Origin: an uncultured virus (IMG/VR IMGVR_UViG_3300028557_000015)
Taxonomy: Duplodnaviria > Heunggongvirae > Uroviricota > Caudoviricetes
DNA: 54,205 nt
Virus record (IMG/VR): IMGVR_UViG_3300028557_000015
Coordinates: 62,001-116,205 of that record
Direction: 5' to 3' (one strand)
A program made the translations under genes and the position numbers. Of the stretch, positions 52,412 through 54,205 are shown piece after piece. The stretch's first letter is position 1. Each line of letters begins with the position of its first letter. Under the pieces are notes generated by a model. That model saw only the letters and a program-made list of their open reading frames with translations. It was not told where the DNA came from and did no database searches.

Positions 52412-54205
52412 ATGGCATTTGAACCTTTTGGTTTAGTTGGTGGATTATCAGTAGGCATACCACCAATAGTAGTTATAGATGATAACGGCATAGCCACCCT
52501 AAACGGTTTAACAGTCACCGGTATAACAAATTTAGGCCCAACTGGTAATATTATTATTACCGGTGGCGAGAACGGATACTTCTTACAAACAGATGGTGAA
52601 GGCAGATTAACTTGGGCACCCGGTGGCAATGGCGGTGGTGGTAACGGTAGTCCAGGTGGCTCTAATACACAGGTTCAATATAACAACGCTGGCAACTTTG
52701 GCGGTGATGCTGGATTTACCTATGACAGTATAAACAATATTTTATCTGTATCAGGTAACATTGTATCTAATAATTTCATTGGCACCGGTAACATAACTAT
52801 TGCTAGAATTACCGCATCCGGTAATATTACAGCAAATTATTTAATAGGTAACGGTAGTCAGTTAACTGGTATCTCAGCTACAACTGCTAATTTTGCCAAC
52901 TATGCCGGTAATGTAACTGTAAGTAGTCAACCAAATATTACCAGTGTTGGTACATTAACTAGTTTAAGTGTTGCAGGAAATGTTACAGCAGGTAATGCTA
53001 ATTTAGGAAACAGTGCTGTTGCAAACTTCTTTACAGGTAGATTTTACGGAAATGCAAATACAGCAGGGACAGTTACAACAAATGCTCAACCAAACATTAC
53101 ATCAGTTGGTACATTAGCCAATTTAAGTGTTACTGGAAATATAACAGCAGGTAATACTAATTTAGGAAACAGTGCAACAGCTAATTTCTATTTTGGTAAT
53201 GGTGCATTCTTAACTGGTGTAGGTAATGCAAATTACAGTCCATTAGCAAACTTTGCAAACTATGCCGGTAATGTAACTGTAAGCAGTCAACCAAATATTA
53301 CAAGTGTTGGTACACTACTTAACGTAGATACTTCGGGTAATGTTACAGCAACAGCCAATATTATTGGTGCTAATGTTACTGCAAATCAATTCTTCAATGC
53401 ACTAAATGCTAATATAACAGGGTCTACTAATTTATCAGGTATAGTTACTGTAACTAATACAGGTACTATTACTTCTCTTGGTAACGTAAACTTTACGGCT
53501 GCACCAAATGTTACATTAGGTACTGTAGCTAATTTACATATCAGTGGCGGTGTTGCCGGATATTTCTTACGCACGGACGGTGCAGGAAATTTAAGTTGGA
53601 GTGCAGGTGGAGGTGGCGGGAATGGTACACCAGGTGGTAATACAACTGAGATTCAATTTAATGATAATGGTGTATTTGGCGCAAGCGCAAACCTCACGTT
53701 TAATCCATTCAGTTATGTATTAGCGGTACCTACTATTAACACAACCACTGTTTCTATTTCAAACGTATTAACAGTCAACACTACTGCAAATTTATACACA
53801 ACTAATATCACTGGAGTACTAACAGCATCAAGTAATATTAATGCAACAATGTCTCCAAATATAAATTTAGGTTCAGTATCTAATTTACATATTCAGGGTG
53901 GAACAAATGGTTATGTATTAGCAACTGATGGTGCAGGTAATTTAAGTTGGACAGCAGGTGGAGGTGGCGGTGGAAATGGAACACCTGGTGGTTCTAATAC
54001 ACAAGTACAATACAATGACCAGGGCGTGTTTAATGGTAGTTCTTTCTTTACATTTAATGAAAACACCAACAATGTTCAGGTCGCTGGTAATTTAATTGCG
54101 AATGCATTAACGTTGGGATCAGGTGTTTACGCTTTTTCTCGGTCTAATGTATTCTTTGCGATAACAAGTAGCAACGCAACACAAGAGTTGTATTCTATTG
54201 AAGCG
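52412..54205 (+). CDS. Repetitive Gly/Asn/Thr-rich fibre-like virion protein, truncated by the window end
   Basis: ATG 52412 after AGGA and TAAATA (52379); frame open to the end. Three 'QPNITSVGTL' repeats and three 'GY.L.TDG.G.L.W..GG..G.GNG.PGG.....Q.N' modules. Confidence 0.8.
   Translation, partial: MAFEPFGLVGGLSVGIPPIVVIDDNGIATLNGLTVTGITNLGPTGNIIITGGENGYFLQTDGEGRLTWAPGGNGGGGNGSPGGSNTQVQYNNAGNFGGDAGFTYDSINNILSVSGNIVSNNFIGTGNITIARITASGNITANYLIGNGSQLTGISATTANFANYAGNVTVSSQPNITSVGTLTSLSVAGNVTAGNANLGNSAVANFFTGRFYGNANTAGTVTTNAQPNITSVGTLANLSVTGNITAGNTNLGNSATANFYFGNGAFLTGVGNANYSPLANFANYAGNVTVSSQPNITSVGTLLNVDTSGNVTATANIIGANVTANQFFNALNANITGSTNLSGIVTVTNTGTITSLGNVNFTAAPNVTLGTVANLHISGGVAGYFLRTDGAGNLSWSAGGGGGNGTPGGNTTEIQFNDNGVFGASANLTFNPFSYVLAVPTINTTTVSISNVLTVNTTANLYTTNITGVLTASSNINATMSPNINLGSVSNLHIQGGTNGYVLATDGAGNLSWTAGGGGGGNGTPGGSNTQVQYNDQGVFNGSSFFTFNENTNNVQVAGNLIANALTLGSGVYAFSRSNVFFAITSSNATQELYSIEA

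Noticed and set aside
52860..53320. Near-identical DNA repeats in the fibre gene as DGR template/variable repeats
   Set aside because: They are in-frame protein repeats with mostly synonymous differences that are not adenine-specific, and there is no reverse transcriptase.
52390..53574. Minus-strand ORFs 52390-52629 and 53386-53574
   Set aside because: They are antisense to the open plus-strand fibre gene that starts at 52412.
1..54205. Stop-codon reassignment, inteins or introns in core genes
   Set aside because: Core genes are full length in code 11 at high coding density; no intein splice motifs or split genes were seen in the portal, capsid, gp46 or gp47 genes.

Overview
A 54 kb slice of a large, AT-rich T4-like myophage genome in the standard genetic code. 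Bases 1-33274 are a minus-strand tail/baseplate module: virion proteins, a 6404-aa giant baseplate/adhesin protein, and gp6-, gp25-, gp5-, gp27-, gp53- and gp48/54-like genes. Bases 33402-38925 are a plus-strand operon of gp55-like late sigma factor, gp47/gp46 (Mre11/Rad50), a radical SAM enzyme and a Holliday junction resolvase. A ~510 bp non-coding, densely structured segment follows (38926-39433). Next come a gp26-like gene with a clean -1 frameshift site into a gp51-like frame, a divergent tape-measure-like protein with an M15 peptidase, and the head module (portal, scaffolds, protease, major capsid) carrying two free-standing homing endonucleases. The window ends with a fatty-acid desaturase, small genes and a truncated fibre gene. 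Best leads: (1) the 38.9-39.4 kb element, a candidate large structured RNA followed by DNA-type GAA-triloop hairpins resembling ColE1 primosome-assembly sites, possibly an RNA-primed origin; (2) a lambda G/GT-style -1 frameshift in a T4-like gp26/gp51 pair; (3) nested domain-in-loop architecture of the giant protein; (4) leaderless promoter geometry and a possible ~50-nt late sRNA; (5) a sequon-dense fibre protein. All family assignments come from motif recognition by eye; no searches were run.
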